DNA of 64,000 bases from Chiloscyllium plagiosum (Eukaryota): positions 16,165,831 through 16,229,830 of the forward strand of contig NC_057749.1 of NCBI RefSeq assembly GCF_004010195.1, in the 5' to 3' direction. Each line of letters starts with the position of its first letter. Position 1 is the stretch's first letter. Below, piece by piece: positions 1 through 12,035 of this stretch. The notes below the pieces were generated by a model. It had not been told where the DNA came from, searched no databases, and worked only from the letters and a program-made list of their open reading frames with translations. A program made the translations under genes and the position numbers.

Positions 1-1195
1 TGACCAAGCATGTGGATGAGGTTAGGGCAGTTGACATGGTATACATGGACTTCAGTAAAGCCTTTGATAAGGTTCCACGTGATAGGCTGATGGAGAAAAT
101 GCAGAGGCATTGAGGGTGATTTAGCAGTTTGAATTAGAAACTGGCTTTCTGAAAAAAGGCAGCGAGTGGTGGTTGATGGAAAATATTCAGTCTGGAGTCC
201 AGTTACTAGTGGTGTGCCACAAGAATCTGTTTTGGGACCACTGCTGTTTGTCATGTTTATAATGAGTTAGACGCAGGCATAAGTGAATGGATTAGTAAAT
301 TTGCAGACGATACTAAAGTCGGTGAAGTAGTGGACAGTGTGGAAGAATGTTGCAGTGGACTTGGATAAACTGCAGAATTGGGCTGAGAGGTGGCAAATGG
401 AATTCAATGCGGCTAAATATGAGGTGATGAACTTTGGGGAGAATAACAGAAAAGCAGAGTACTGGGTCAATGGAAAGATTCTTGGTAGTGTGGATGTGCA
501 GAGGGATCTTGGAATCCATATACATAGATACCTGAAAGTTGCCACCCAGGTGGACAGTGCTGTTAAGAAGGCATATGGTGTGTTAGGTTTCATTGGTAGA
601 GGGATTGAGTTCCGGAACCGCAATATCATGTTGCAACTATACAAAATACTGGTGCGGCCACACTTGGAATATTGTGTACAGTTCTGGTCGCCCAATTACC
701 GGAAGGATGTGGAAGCATTGGAAAAGGTGCAGAGGAGATTTACCAGGATGTTGCCTGATCTGGAGGGAAGGTCGTATGAGGAAAGGCTGAGAGACTTGGG
801 TCTGTTCTTATTGGAAAGAAGAAGGCTAAGAGGGGATTTGATAGAGACATACAAGATGATCCGAGGATTAGATAGGGTAGACAGTGAAAGACCTTTTCAT
901 AGGATGATGACATCAGCTTGTACGAGAGGGCATAACTACAAATTGAGGGGTGATTGATTTAAGACAGATGTCAGAGGCAGGTTCTTTACGCAGAGAGTGG
1001 TAAGGGGGTGGAATGCCCTACCTGCCAATGTAGTCAACTCAGCCACATTAGGGAGATTTAAACAATCCTTAGATAAGCACATGGATAATTTTGGGATAGT
1101 GTAGGGGGACGAGCTGAGAATAGTTCACAGGTTGGCACAACATCGAGGGCCAAAGGACCTTTCTTTCTTGTTCTCTGTTGTATGTTCTATTTTCT
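1..1195 (+). mobile_element. CR1-clade LINE, 3' part of ORF2 (RT C-terminus) plus 3' UTR; decayed, runs off the left edge
   Basis: FADDTK RT motif at ~300. ORF 337-957 contains the CR1 signatures WQMEFN, RPHLEYCVQFWSP, LEKVQRRFTRM and RRRLRGDLIE. Ends in a TATGTTCTAT-type tail. Frameshifts are present. Confidence 0.92.
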
Positions 1196-1604
1196 GTATG
1201 AATATAGGGGAGGGTTATAGGAGGATTAGAGTTATAACTAGCAGAGTCTATATGGATTGTTCATAATCATTTATCTGTAGTTAAATTCTATTTATTTATA
1301 ACAAATAGTAACCCTTGTTAAGCACAGATACCTCAGGATTAGGCTTTCTGTAAACCTGGGTCTAGAATGATCGTCAATTGGGAAACTTTATGTGCTTTTT
1401 AAAATCTTTAACTTCAGTGATGACCCCAGGAATAGTGAGGCTTGGTTTCCAGTGCGCTACCCCAGTGAGGTGCAACATCATTTAATACTAAATTAGCAAA
1501 CCTTTAGCTTGTCTGAGCACAGTGTAAATTACATAGAATCCAACAGAGGACTCCTGTTAAATTATTGATTTTGAAGTTGATGGAATTCAGGTCAATCTGC
1601 AATT

Positions 1605-2150
1605 ATAGGGTCATAGAGATGTACAGCATTGAAACAGACCCTTCGTTCAACTCGTCTATGCTGACCAGATATCCCAACCCAATCCAGTCCCATCTGCCAG
1701 TACCTGGCCCATATCCTTCCAAACCCTTCCTATTCATATATCCATCCAGATGCCTCTTAAATGTTGCAATTGTACCAGCCTCCACTACTTCCTCTGGCAG
1801 CTCATTCCATACATGTACCACGCTCTGTATGAAAAAGTTGCCCCTTAGGTCTCTTTTATATCTTTTCCCTCTCATCCTAAACCTATGCCCTCTAGTTCTG
1901 GACTCTCCCACCCCAAGGAAAAGACCTTGTCCATTTATCCTATCCATGCCCCTCATGATTTTATAAACCTCTATAAAATCACCCCTCAGCCCCCAACGCT
2001 CCAGGGAGAACAGCCCCAGCCTGTTCAGCCTCTCCCTATAGCTCAAATTTTCCAACCCTGGCAACATCCTTGTAAATCTTTTCTGAACCCTTTCAAGTTT
2101 CACAACATCTTTCCAACAGGAAGGAGACCAGAATTGCACGCAATATTCTA
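1605..2150 (-). mobile_element. 5'-truncated CR1 LINE (3' end)
   Basis: ORF 1603-2139(-): QFWSP...LERVQKRFTRMLPG...LRGDFIEVYKIM...TRGH...WNELP. Confidence 0.9.
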
Positions 2151-2976
2151 ACAGAAAAGTGTTTTAAAGTATTCCTTTGTACAACAGAATAATGAAAATA
2201 ATAAGGCTTGAGGCTGAAAGAGCTTGGCTTGCAGAGCTTTTTGGAAGGAGGATCAGAAAGAGTATTGTTACAGTATTCCTATTGATAAAAAAAATTCAAA
2301 CTTCTCTATAGCCACAAAGTTTATGCCAGCAAAGTTGGTTCCTTGTTCCATCAGTCACAACAATAGAGTTTCACTGTTAAATAGATTACCTGTTGGAATT
2401 TGGTAATGTGGATCCAATCAGGTTACAGCAAAGTTGTTGCAACGCCTCAACAATTTTTCGCGTCCTCTCGATTCTTTACTCTGTCCACCTCAGCAACTGC
2501 GACTCAACATTGATTAAGGTGAGAGATTATCTTAATTAAATCGGTCAATCATTTTTAAAACTTAATACACCCTCTGTCTGATGATCCTTGGCTTATTGTG
2601 GTGTTGTGTTCTGACTGGAACATTGTTACTTTCAAATTCATTTAATTCTCATTACGTTCTTCCTGCTTTGTAATCAAAGTACTTTGTTTACCATATTTGC
2701 TTAATTCTTTTAACATTATTGTTCCTTGTACTCAAACATTAAGGAAAAGAGAGAAACATACGAAATCAAAGCTTTATCATTAATTTATAAATGTTTTAGG
2801 GTTGTAAGATATTTGTAAACGTTTTAATTCCAAATTAATTGGCACATCAACTTCAAAATCCATTTAACAAATATTTCCTTCTGGTTATTTTCCTCTGATT
2901 TACTTCTGTGTTTAAACTTCCTGAAGCTTTGGCAATTTTTTAAAAGTCATATAGATTTTTGATTGCATTTTAAATC

Positions 2977-3350
2977 ATGTCATAGAGTCATACAGCATGG
3001 AAACACACTCTTTGGTCCAACCAGTCCATGCTGGTCGTATTCCAAAACTAAACCAGTTCCACCAATCCACACTTTGCCCGTATCCCTCCAAATGTTTATT
3101 TGTGTGCTTACTGAATATTCAAATATGTCTTTTAAACATTGTAACTTTTAAATGCATCTGTCACATCCTCTGGAAGTTTATTCCACACATGAACCACTCG
3201 CTGTGTCAAAACATTGCCTCTCATGTCATTTTTACGTTTTTCTCCTCTCACTATAAAATATGCCATCTAGTCTTGAAATCCCCCATCTCAGGGAAAAGAC
3301 ACATGCCATTCACCTTACCTATTCCCTCATGATTTTATAAATCTCTGTAG
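2977..3350 (-). mobile_element. Degenerate CR1 3' fragment
   Basis: Nucleotide similarity to 1605-1970 (gtcatagagtcatacagcatggaaac...ccctcatgattttataa). Confidence 0.75.
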
Positions 3351-3935
3351 GGAATTTAAAAACTAGCTTGTGGCTGGGAACTGGCAAGTATCCGGAAGGA
3401 ATTATCCAAACTGGCACTCCTTTGTTTGCACTCTGTGTTGTACAGCTCAACGGTTATGTTGCGAAAGGTTTGACAGCTGAAATTGAAACTGCAAAGGTTT
3501 CACCTCCTGAACAAATGATTGCTGCTGGAATGTGGAAGGTTAAAGTCCAGGGCTAGATTTATCAGAGGTGACTGGGCTCACTGAGTGGTCTGCAACTTCC
3601 CTCACTCCATCCACCTATGAACCATTTCTACAGAAGAGAAGGTGAGGACTGACCAGACTGTCAGCCTGAGTACTGTGAGGAGCAGACTGGCTCTTTAATC
3701 CACTCGCTGAGGAATTCTCCAGGCAGCCTCAGCTTCCAGCAGGTCGTGGGGCCACTTTAAGAGCTGAAGACAGTCAGGCCAGAGGGCCCAGATTCATGGA
3801 TCCTCAGATACTCTGTGCCTGCCTGAGTGAAGGAGCAACCAAAGCCTGTCCTGTGAAAGGGCTCTCTCCAGCTCCCACTCCATGTATTCCATCCCCAAAC
3901 CCCATCCTCAACCCGCACCTCCACTGTCCTATTCC

Positions 3936-4128
3936 TGTCATGAGGGTCTCATACAATATAAGTTCCCTAATTGGGGTTGTTAACCTCGTTCAATCAGGGA
4001 GCCCTGGCTGACAGATAAAAGCATCATGGATATTGACTCTAACAAGGCTGTTCCTGAGTCAAGGACTTTCCACGTGTAACTAAGGGATAACTTGGTGACG
4101 GGATGCCAGCCTCTCTGGAGTAATTTCA
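3936..4128 (+). mobile_element. 5' LTR of a Gypsy retrotransposon
   Basis: TG...CA termini. Followed by tgacaacgag, a decayed TGGCGACGAG-type PBS. Homologous to the inverted solo LTR at 25697-26538 (shared cctggctgacagata, cttggtg, taatttca). Confidence 0.65.
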
Positions 4129-5748
4129 ATGACAACGAGAATGTGTTTAATGATGTAACCATGTACAAGCGCCTACCAGCTGAAGCTCAACTGAACTTCA
4201 AACAGGCACTAAACTGGCTTTGTCATTTGAAAATGCGGCAAGTGGAGCTATAGAATTGTAGGATATTCCAATGGAAAGTAAGCTTGGGGAACACCACTTG
4301 AGAAAAGGCAATTGCACAGCCTCACTCAGGACATATCCTGAACAGAGGGAGTCCAGGTCAGCTCACACCAAAACCCCAAAACAAAGCCAGCCCTCGGCCA
4401 AATGGTTAAAATTTTCTTCAGGATCGAGGCCAGCAAGCCATTGGAGTTGCTGCCTGTGTGCAGACTCGAGACAGCAAAAGAGTCCCACTAGACTTAAATT
4501 GAATCAGAAAACTCATAAACTGGTATTCAGGAGAGAGTACACCTCAGAAAGTCCACCTAGATCTGGCTTGGATCAGTTAAATTGCTTAGCAATATACAAA
4601 CAGAACCAATCAAAATAATCGAATTAACTGGTCACCCAGTTCAAAGGGAGATCGACACTGGTACAGCCATTACAGTGATTACAGAACCAGTCTTTAACCA
4701 AATTCACTTTTGGACTCCAATCCTTAAGTTTGCACAAGACCTCAACCAGACTATATCAGGGAACTTTTACAGATTAAGGGGACTACTTATGAGAAACACT
4801 GGTTCAGTTACCACTGATTGCAGTAAAAGACTTGGACCCAAGTTTGATGGGGCAAAATTGGTTGAGAAACATTCACCTTTCCAATTAGAAAATGGCTGCC
4901 TGAGTTATGTCCTAATTAAATACCCAGACATTTTTCAGGAAGGTTGAGGAACTATCAAAGGAGCCAAGGCCACCTTGCATCTTGACCAGGAAATAAGGCC
5001 CACGCATTGCCATTTGCCTCAGGGGCCAAAGTAGAGGCAGGAATCAGAAGGCTGGAAAGGGAAGGAACCATCAAACCAGAACAGATTACGGAATGGGCAG
5101 CACCGGTCATACCGACTGTGAAGCCTGACGGGTTGGTTTGCCTTGGTGGGGATTTTAAACAAATGGTAAATTGCCTTTCACAGCTGAATAAATATCCAAT
5201 CCCTTGCATAGAGGATTTATACACAAAGCCAGTGGTGGTGGTGGTGGGTGGGTTGGGGGGGAGTGGGGAGGCGGGGGGATCTGTCTTCATGAAGCTGGAC
5301 ATGGGCCTTGTGTTCTTGCTAGTGTGGTTAGATGAGGATTCCCAGAAGTATGCTACAATTAATACCCATAAGGGTTTGTACCAAATAATGAGACTGCCAT
5401 TTGGGGTATCATCAGCCTGTCCAACTTTTCAGTGGGTGATAAAGAACATTTTACAAGGTCTACCCCAGTCACCATTTTTCAAGATGACATGCTACTTGGG
5501 CTAAAGTAGTTTTAACAAGACTGGATTACACCTCTTGGAAGATAACATGAGGGCAATCAAAAGTGCCACCGATCTCATGTCTCTAATAGAGTTTAGGTCT
5601 TTACTTGAGCTGGTGAATTATTACGGAAAGTTCACACATAACCGGCCCCCATCCTTACACCTTGCACCAACTTCTAAAAAGGGGTCGGCCTTGGGAATGG
5701 TTATGTAGCCATCCATAATTTTCAGAGAAGTGAAGGACCAGCTATCAC

Positions 5749-6045
5749 GGCACGGTGGCACAGTGGTTAGCACTGCTGCCTCACAGCGCCAGAGACCTGG
5801 GTTCAATTCCCGACTCAGGCGGCTGACTGTGTGGAGTTTGCACATTCTCCCTGTGTCTGCGTGGGTTTCCTCCGGGTGCTCCGGTTTCCTCCCACAGTCC
5901 AAAGATGTGCAGGTCAGGTGAATTGGCCATGCTAAATTGCCCGTAATGTTAGGTAAAGGGGTAAATGTATGGGTGGGTGGTGTGTTGGTGTGGACTTGTT
6001 TGGCTGAAGGGCCTGTTTCCACACTGTAAGCAATCTAATCTAATC
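5749..6045 (+). mobile_element. HE1-type tRNA-derived SINE inserted in Gypsy pol
   Basis: A-box/B-box head ggcacggtggcacagtggttagc...gggttcaattccc, V-domain-like core gtgtggagtttgcacattctccc...gggtttcctccgggtgctccggtttcctcccacagtccaaagatgtgc, and (TAATC)n tail. Confidence 0.9.
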
Positions 6046-6532
6046 ATCCTCTAGGATGCTGAGACATTATGATCCCAAGCGAGATCTGGTATTGGCATGC
6101 GATGCCTCCCCGTACGGCATCATGGTGGTTATTAGCTTATAGTTGGCCCAATGGAGAGGAACGCCCAATAGCGTATGCATCCAAAACTTTGGCTAATGCA
6201 GAGGGTAAGTACATCCAGATAGAGAAGATAGGTTTGGAGTCAGGAAATGCCACCAATACCTTTCCGGGCATCAATCTGTAATAATAATGGATTGCGAATT
6301 CCTGTCAGGTGTCCTTAAAAAGGCCAAGGCAGTGCCACCCATAGCTTCAGGTCGATTTCAGCAGGGGGCTCGAATTCTAAGTGTGTATAATTACAAGTTG
6401 GAACACCATCTGGAAGGCCAAGTAGCAAATGCGAATGTATTAATCTGCCTCCCGCTGACAGACACAGGAAACTGATGACAGGTGCACCACTGGAAGAGTC
6501 CATAATGGTCTCTTAAATTTTCTGGACATATT

Positions 6533-8142
6533 CTGGTCACGGTCGAAAAGTGTAGTGCTGGAAAAGTATAGCCGATCAGGCAGCATCTGAGGAGCAGGAG
6601 AATCAACGTTTCAAGCATAAAGCCCTTCATCAGGAATGAGACTTGTGGCCCAAGGAGACCTCAGGTTTACCTGGATCATCTCGACCCCTCCCTTCCCTTC
6701 CTGGACCTCTCTATCTCCATTTCCGGCAACTGACTCAACACAGACATCTTCTACAAGTCACCGACTCCTGGTCACGGTCGAAAAGTGTGGTGCTGGAAAA
6801 GCATAGCCGATCAGGCAGCATCTGAGGAGCAGGAGAATCAACGTTTTGAGCATAAAGCCCTTCATCAGGAATGAGACTTGTCGCCCAAGGAGACCTCAGG
6901 TTTACCTGGATCATCTTGACCCCTCCCTTCCCTTCCTGGACCTCTCTATCTCCATTTCCGGCAACTGACTCAACACAGACATCTTCTACAAGTCACCGAC
7001 TCTCACAGCTACCTGGACTACACCTCCTCCCACCCTGCCCACTGTAAAACTGCTATCCCTTATTCCTAACCCCTCTGCCTCTGCTGCTTCTGTTCCCAGG
7101 AGGATCAATTCCACCATGAACATCCCAGAAGGCCTCCTTCTTCAAGGACCGCAATTTCCCCTCCCACATGGTCGACAATCTCCTCCACTTCCTGCATCAC
7201 CTTCCACCCCACCAATCTCTGTACACATCACATCATCCTCTGCATTTACGCCACCTACAAACAGATCCCACCACCAGGGATATATTTCCCTCCCCACCCT
7301 TATCCACATTCCAGAGAGACCATTCCCTCCGCTACTCTCTTGTCAGGTCCATGCCTCCCACCCTCCCCCCCCCGCACCCTCCCCTCCCAGCACCTTCCCC
7401 TCCCACCACAGGGAGTGCAAAACCTGTGCCCACACCTCCCCCCCTCACCTCCATCCAAGACCCTAAAGGATCCTTTCACATCTGACAGAGATTTACCTGC
7501 ACCTCCACACACATCATCTACTGTATTCATTGCTCCCAATGTGGTCTCCTCTACATTGGAGAGACAGGACACAAACTTCTGGCACATTTCAGAGAACATC
7601 TCTGGGACACACACACACATAGTAACCCCACTGCCATGTGGCCAAACACTTTAACTCCCCCTCCTAATCCACCAAGGACATGCAGGCCCTCCGCCTCTTC
7701 CACCGCCAAACCCTAACCACCTGATGCCTGGAGGAAGAACGTCTCATCTACCGCCTTGGGATCCCTCAACTACACAGGGTCAATGTGGATTTGACCAGTT
7801 TCCTCATTTCCCTTCCTCCCACTTTATCCCAGATCCAACCTTCCAACTCGGCACCCACTCTCTCGAACTATCCTACCTGTCCATCTTCCTTCCCACTTTT
7901 CTGCTCCACCCTCCTCTCCGACCTATCATCTTCACCCTATTATCACATTCCCAGCTACCTTCCCCCCCCAACCTCACCCTCCTCCCATTTATCTCTTGGG
8001 CCATAAGCCTCATTCCTGATAAAGGGCTTATGCTCAAAATGTCCATTCTCCTGCTCCTCGGAAGCTGCCTGATGGGCTGTGCTTTTCCAGCACCACATTT
8101 TTCAACTCTAATCTCCAGCGTCTGCAGTCCTCCCTTTCTCCT
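6533..8142 (+). mobile_element. 5'-truncated Penelope-like element (RT C-terminus + GIY-YIG + pseudo-LTR) with an inverted pLTR at the 5' end and a 235-bp tandem duplication
   Basis: LPFLDLSI, TDIFYK.TDSHSYLDY.SSHP, CKTC and FTC.S..IIYCIHC....LYIGETG (GIY-YIG) recognisable across frames. 3' pLTR ~8005-8142; inverted pLTR pieces at 6540-6640 and 6775-6875. Confidence 0.88.
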
Positions 8143-8607
8143 GTAATCCAGTCACAGCTGCTAAAATTAGACTTTGGACACAGAATGATCCAATGCTGGC
8201 AAAACTGAAGCAGCTGATGGCAATGGGGCCATTACAACCGGAATTGGAGTCTTTTTGGATCAAGTCAGAGGATGGCATATTATTACAGGGAGCAAGAGTG
8301 AATGTCATGAGCAAAGGTCACTGACAATACTGGTTGAACTCCACCAGCATCATCCAGGGACTTCCAAAGTGGAGATATTGTGAGAAGTTATGTCTGGTGG
8401 CCAGAATTGGATGCAGATTGCCATGTTGGTGGGGCAATGCCAAGGTGCCAACAAAGACAAAAATTACTGCCAGGAGCTCCATGGAAATGGCCAGGCAATC
8501 CCTGGACTCAGTTACACATCAACTATGTAGGTCCTTTCATGGACTCAATGTTCTTAGCCATTGTGGACGGCCACTCAAAGTAGCTGGATGTGCATAGTCT
8601 TCATTTA

Positions 8608-8922
8608 GGGTGTAGGTTTGCTCGCTGAGCTGTAGGTTTATTATTCAGACATTTCATTACCGGGCTAGGTAACATCATCAGTGGCGACCTCCAAGTGAAG
8701 CGAAGCCCTTGTCTCCTGCTTTCTATTTATATCTTTCTCCTGGATGGGGTTCCTGGGGTTTGTGGTGATGTCATTTCCTGTTCATTTTCTGAGGGGTTAA
8801 TAGATGGCATCTAGATCTATGTGTTTGTTTATGGCGTTGTGGTTGGAGTGCCATGCCTCTAGGAATTCTCTGGCATGTCTTTGCTTAGCCTGTCCCAGGA
8901 TAGATGTGTTGTCCCATTTATC
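8608..8922 (-). mobile_element. 3' fragment of a second Penelope-like family with a hammerhead motif
   Basis: Minus strand encodes WDNTSILGQAKQRHAREFLEAWHSNHNAINKHIDLDAIY (GIY-YIG C-terminus). Flanked by the 12-bp direct repeat AGTCTTCATTTA (8596-8607 and 8923-8934). Confidence 0.8.
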
Positions 8923-9314
8923 AGTCTTCATTTATCAAATACGGGGATGATGATAGAAAAACTGCATGCATCTTTTGCAATAGATGGACTGCTGGAGGTG
9001 TCGGTCACAGATAACGGACCATCGTTTACCAGCAAGGAATTTGAGTATTTCCTAAAGTTGAATGGTATTCAACACATAAAGACAATTGCATACCATCCAT
9101 CATCAAACAGAAGGAGCAGTCCAAACTTTGAAGGCTTAAAGAGACAGCATACAGCTTCACTAGATACCAAACTGCCCCGGTTCCTATTTGATTATAAGAC
9201 CAGCCCTCATGCAACAACAGGGATATGTTCAGCAGAGTTGCTACTGGGGAGGAGACTCCACACCAGGCTAAATCTGATCTTCGCTGCCCTGTGGGAGAGA
9301 ATACAACATGATCA

Positions 9315-9625
9315 GGAACTCCATAATATTTCCCTTCCCTTTCTCTGTAACCTCCTTCAACTCAACAATCCTGAACAATCTCTGCACTGCTCAAAATCTA
9401 GTCTTCAAAGCACTCCTGATTATAATCCCTCCAGTAATGGTGAAGACATCTTCAGTTGCCTGAATCCTGACTTAGGAATTCCCTCCGTAAACCTCTTCCC
9501 CTCTTTAATGTTTTCTTCCCTTAATACTTGCCAAAAAATCTATCTCTTTGGCCGAGCCTCTCACTCACTCAACTTGCAATGATTTGTTATGTGAAAGGCA
9601 CTAGAAATGTGAGTGGCTGTTGTTT
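9315..9625 (+). mobile_element. Old L2-like LINE 3' end
   Basis: Similar to 52975-53315 (ctccat..ccctt..tctctgtaacctcctt..ggaattccctcc.taaacctct..tctctttggcc.agc..ttgttg tail). Family call is by recognition only. Confidence 0.5.
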
Positions 9626-10804
9626 TAGACTGTAGAGTATGTTAGTTGTTGGATGTGTTGTATAGTGATTGAATAATGGGAGTACTGGCAAGGTGAAGAA
9701 AGGTGGAAGGGACTAAGTGGACTGTCATTATTTAGCAGAAAAAGCTTTGCAATTAAGGACCTACCATGTTGGGATAGAGGTACTTTTGCATCTCAAGTAA
9801 GACAGACAGAAAAAGAGAGAAAGTCATTGAATGGCTTGGGGTGAATGTGTTCTGAAATGGGATGAGCATTAAGTCTGAATGGATAATGCCTCCATCTTGT
9901 ATGGGATTTAGATTGAGCGATTTCAATGTTGTTGTTTAATTGTTATATAATGGTGTATGAAGGGAGACCTACATTTTACCTGCTGTTAGGTTTCAATAAA
10001 ATGGCATAAGATCTACAGGCAGCAAAGGCCATTCGACCTCTCTGGTCAATGTTTTGCTTATGCTCCACACCAACCTCCTGCCAGCTTATTTCATCAAAAT
10101 TCATCGGTATTACCTTGAATTTCTCTCTCCTTCATATACTTATCTACATCCCCCCTAAATATACCTGTGCTGTTCACCTCAACTACTCCATACGCCGGTA
10201 TATTGCACATTCCGGGTGGACACAGCTGGTGTTGGGAGGAGGTAGTGGCAGAAAATAAAATTGGAGTGGAGGGATATTTGGGTGGTGTAGGACACCGGGA
10301 AGGAGAGGGAGTTCGGGTAAATGATGTGGCCTTTGTTAGGGGGAATCGCTATTGTATATTTGCAGAGCTTTGAATAACTGGAGAGCTTCGTGTCTGTTGA
10401 AGGGAACGATTGGATATCAGGCCCCATGTTGTACAGAGAATTGAAAGACAGCAGTACCGATGCACTCAAGCGGAGAGCGTACTGGTGAGGTGTAACATTT
10501 TGGGATTGAGGGTGGCCGGCGTGTTATCCTGTATTTTATCCTGACTCAGCTTGTGTTGTCGGTAAGAGGAGGTCTTGGGGTTGAAGGCAGAGCATGTGGG
10601 GGCAGTCACTTCCGTGAATTGTTGTATTGCACCTAGAGGAGATAGAACTGTTGCCAATTAAAGGAGTCGCCTGCCGTTAGTTGGACGATTCACCGCCTCA
10701 CCGTGAGATGATTTGAGTCGGGTTAGTGTTAGGATTGGTTTGGGGAGTGTCCAGTGTATATATGTGTGTCTGTGTGTTGGAGGGCGCAGACTAGCAGGGC
10801 TGAA

Positions 10805-10960
10805 AAGATAAAAAACACGACAGAACTGCGGATGCTGTAAATCAGAGACAAAGGGTTCCGAGGAAGGGTCACTCGACCCGAAACGTTAGCTCTGATTTCT
10901 CCCCACAGGTACTGCCAGACCTGCTGAGCTTTTCCAGCAATTTCTGGGGCTTTGTTTGTG
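10805..10960 (+). mobile_element. Penelope-like pLTR remnant with a near-intact hammerhead core
   Basis: CCGAGGA-a-GGGTC-actc-GACCC-GAAACGTT (10858-10887), followed by ctgccagacctgctgagcttttccagcaatt. The same family is inverted at 59785-59920. Confidence 0.7.
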
Positions 10961-11121
10961 CGTGAGAAATGAGAATATTTGTCGACAATCTCAGCATACT
11001 TGAACAACTCTCCAACCGATCATCAAAGCTCAGCGGGCGGACGCTGGGAGCTGTCCAGATGCCGCGGTGCTGAAAGCTAGGCTGGAGGGAGCGGTGCTTT
11101 CCAGACTTCAAGTTGCCACTA

Positions 11122-11312
11122 GCTGGATTAGTGATGCTGGAAGAGCACAGCAGTTCAGGCAGCATCCGAGGAGCAGCGAAATCGACGTTGTGAAGGGCTT
11201 TTGCCCGAAACGTCGATTTTACTGCCTCTCGGATGCTGCCTGACCTGCTGTGCTCTTCCAGCACCACTGATCCAGAATCTGGTTTCCAGCATCTGCAGTC
11301 ATTGTTTTTACC
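11122..11312. mobile_element. Fold-back (inverted pLTR) Penelope derivative
   Basis: Inverted arms ~11123-11189 and ~11208-11275. TSD TCAAG(T/C)TGCCACTA at 11108-11121 and 11313-11326. Confidence 0.85.
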
Positions 11313-11886
11313 TCAAGCTGCCACTACACAGGTCATTTTTTGGAATGTACTTTGAGTACCACCCACACAACAAATAAACCAACGTATTCAAATTAAAGGA
11401 TTATAAATTTGCAAACAACATTCCGCTGACAATAACTTACTACGTGCATAAAGGGGTGGGGGAAATGCGATCGTATTGATCGCTGCGGGTCAGTAGGAGC
11501 TCATTGGTAGGAGAAGGGGTTAATGAGAGGATTAGTGTGACAAGAGGCAAGTTATATTCGTTTTGGAAAAGCCCAGGGAAGGCGAACTCAGGACATATTA
11601 GCATCGCATCGAGTAAAAAAAAGAGTTATTTGATGTGGTGCACTGGTAGATGGGTGTGTGTGTGTATCGAGGCTGGCATTCAGTGCCAGTGCCAGCCGCT
11701 TTAGTTGGCGAGGGTTTAAGGAATGCGTTCACTGCGGCATTCTGAGCGCGCACGCTGCTGCTGCTGCTGCTGCTGGCGGCCCGGTGCTCACTTCACTTGC
11801 TCCGGGATTCACATCACGTTCCGTCCTTCTGCCCTCAATCCTCTCGCTGCCGTTCTCCCCGCAGGTTCCTCGGGCTCGCTCTGAAG

Positions 11887-12035
11887 ATGGCCAGCACTTT
11901 GTCCCGGTTGTTGACCAGCAGGAAGACCCGGGGTATCCTCACGCTGGTGGGGGCCGGATCCCTGGCCGCGGGTTTTCTGTTCTCCAGGGATTATGTGAAA
12001 GCGGGGAGCAAACAGAGGAAACTGTACCCCCCCAG
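11887..12035 (+). CDS. CKMT1: Mitochondrial creatine kinase (U-type), coding exon 1 (transit peptide)
   Basis: [49 protein letters not shown]; Arg/Ser-rich presequence with [10 protein letters not shown]; donor CAG|GTAAG; 149 nt. Confidence 0.95.

Larger units (their letters stand above)
4129..9310 (+). mobile_element. Decayed Ty3/Gypsy internal region (PR-RT-RH-IN), interrupted by three younger insertions
   Basis: Protease EIDTGTAITVI (~4650). RT EWAAPVIPTVKPDG..YPIPCIEDL..INTHKGLYQ..RLPFGVSSA (5007-5504). RNase H ERPIAYASKTL (~6160). Integrase RSYVWWP, PWTQLHINYVGPF, VTDNGPSFTSKEF..YHPSSN, PHATTG (8380-9270). Domain order is Gypsy-type. Many frameshifts; no 3' LTR seen. Confidence 0.9.

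Noticed and set aside
337..957. 206-aa, 241-aa and 235-aa ORFs (337, 38688, 8875) as host genes or active TEs
   Set aside because: Fragments of truncated CR1 ORF2 and Gypsy integrase; no complete RT/EN ORF in the window.
1200..1477. Possible LTR 3' remnant ending in CAACA
   Set aside because: No partner LTR, TSD or internal sequence visible; not supportable.
5749..5830. tRNA genes in the heads at 5749, 17510, 21762 and 49933
   Set aside because: The A/B boxes continue into a SINE body and tail; these are tRNA-derived SINE heads.
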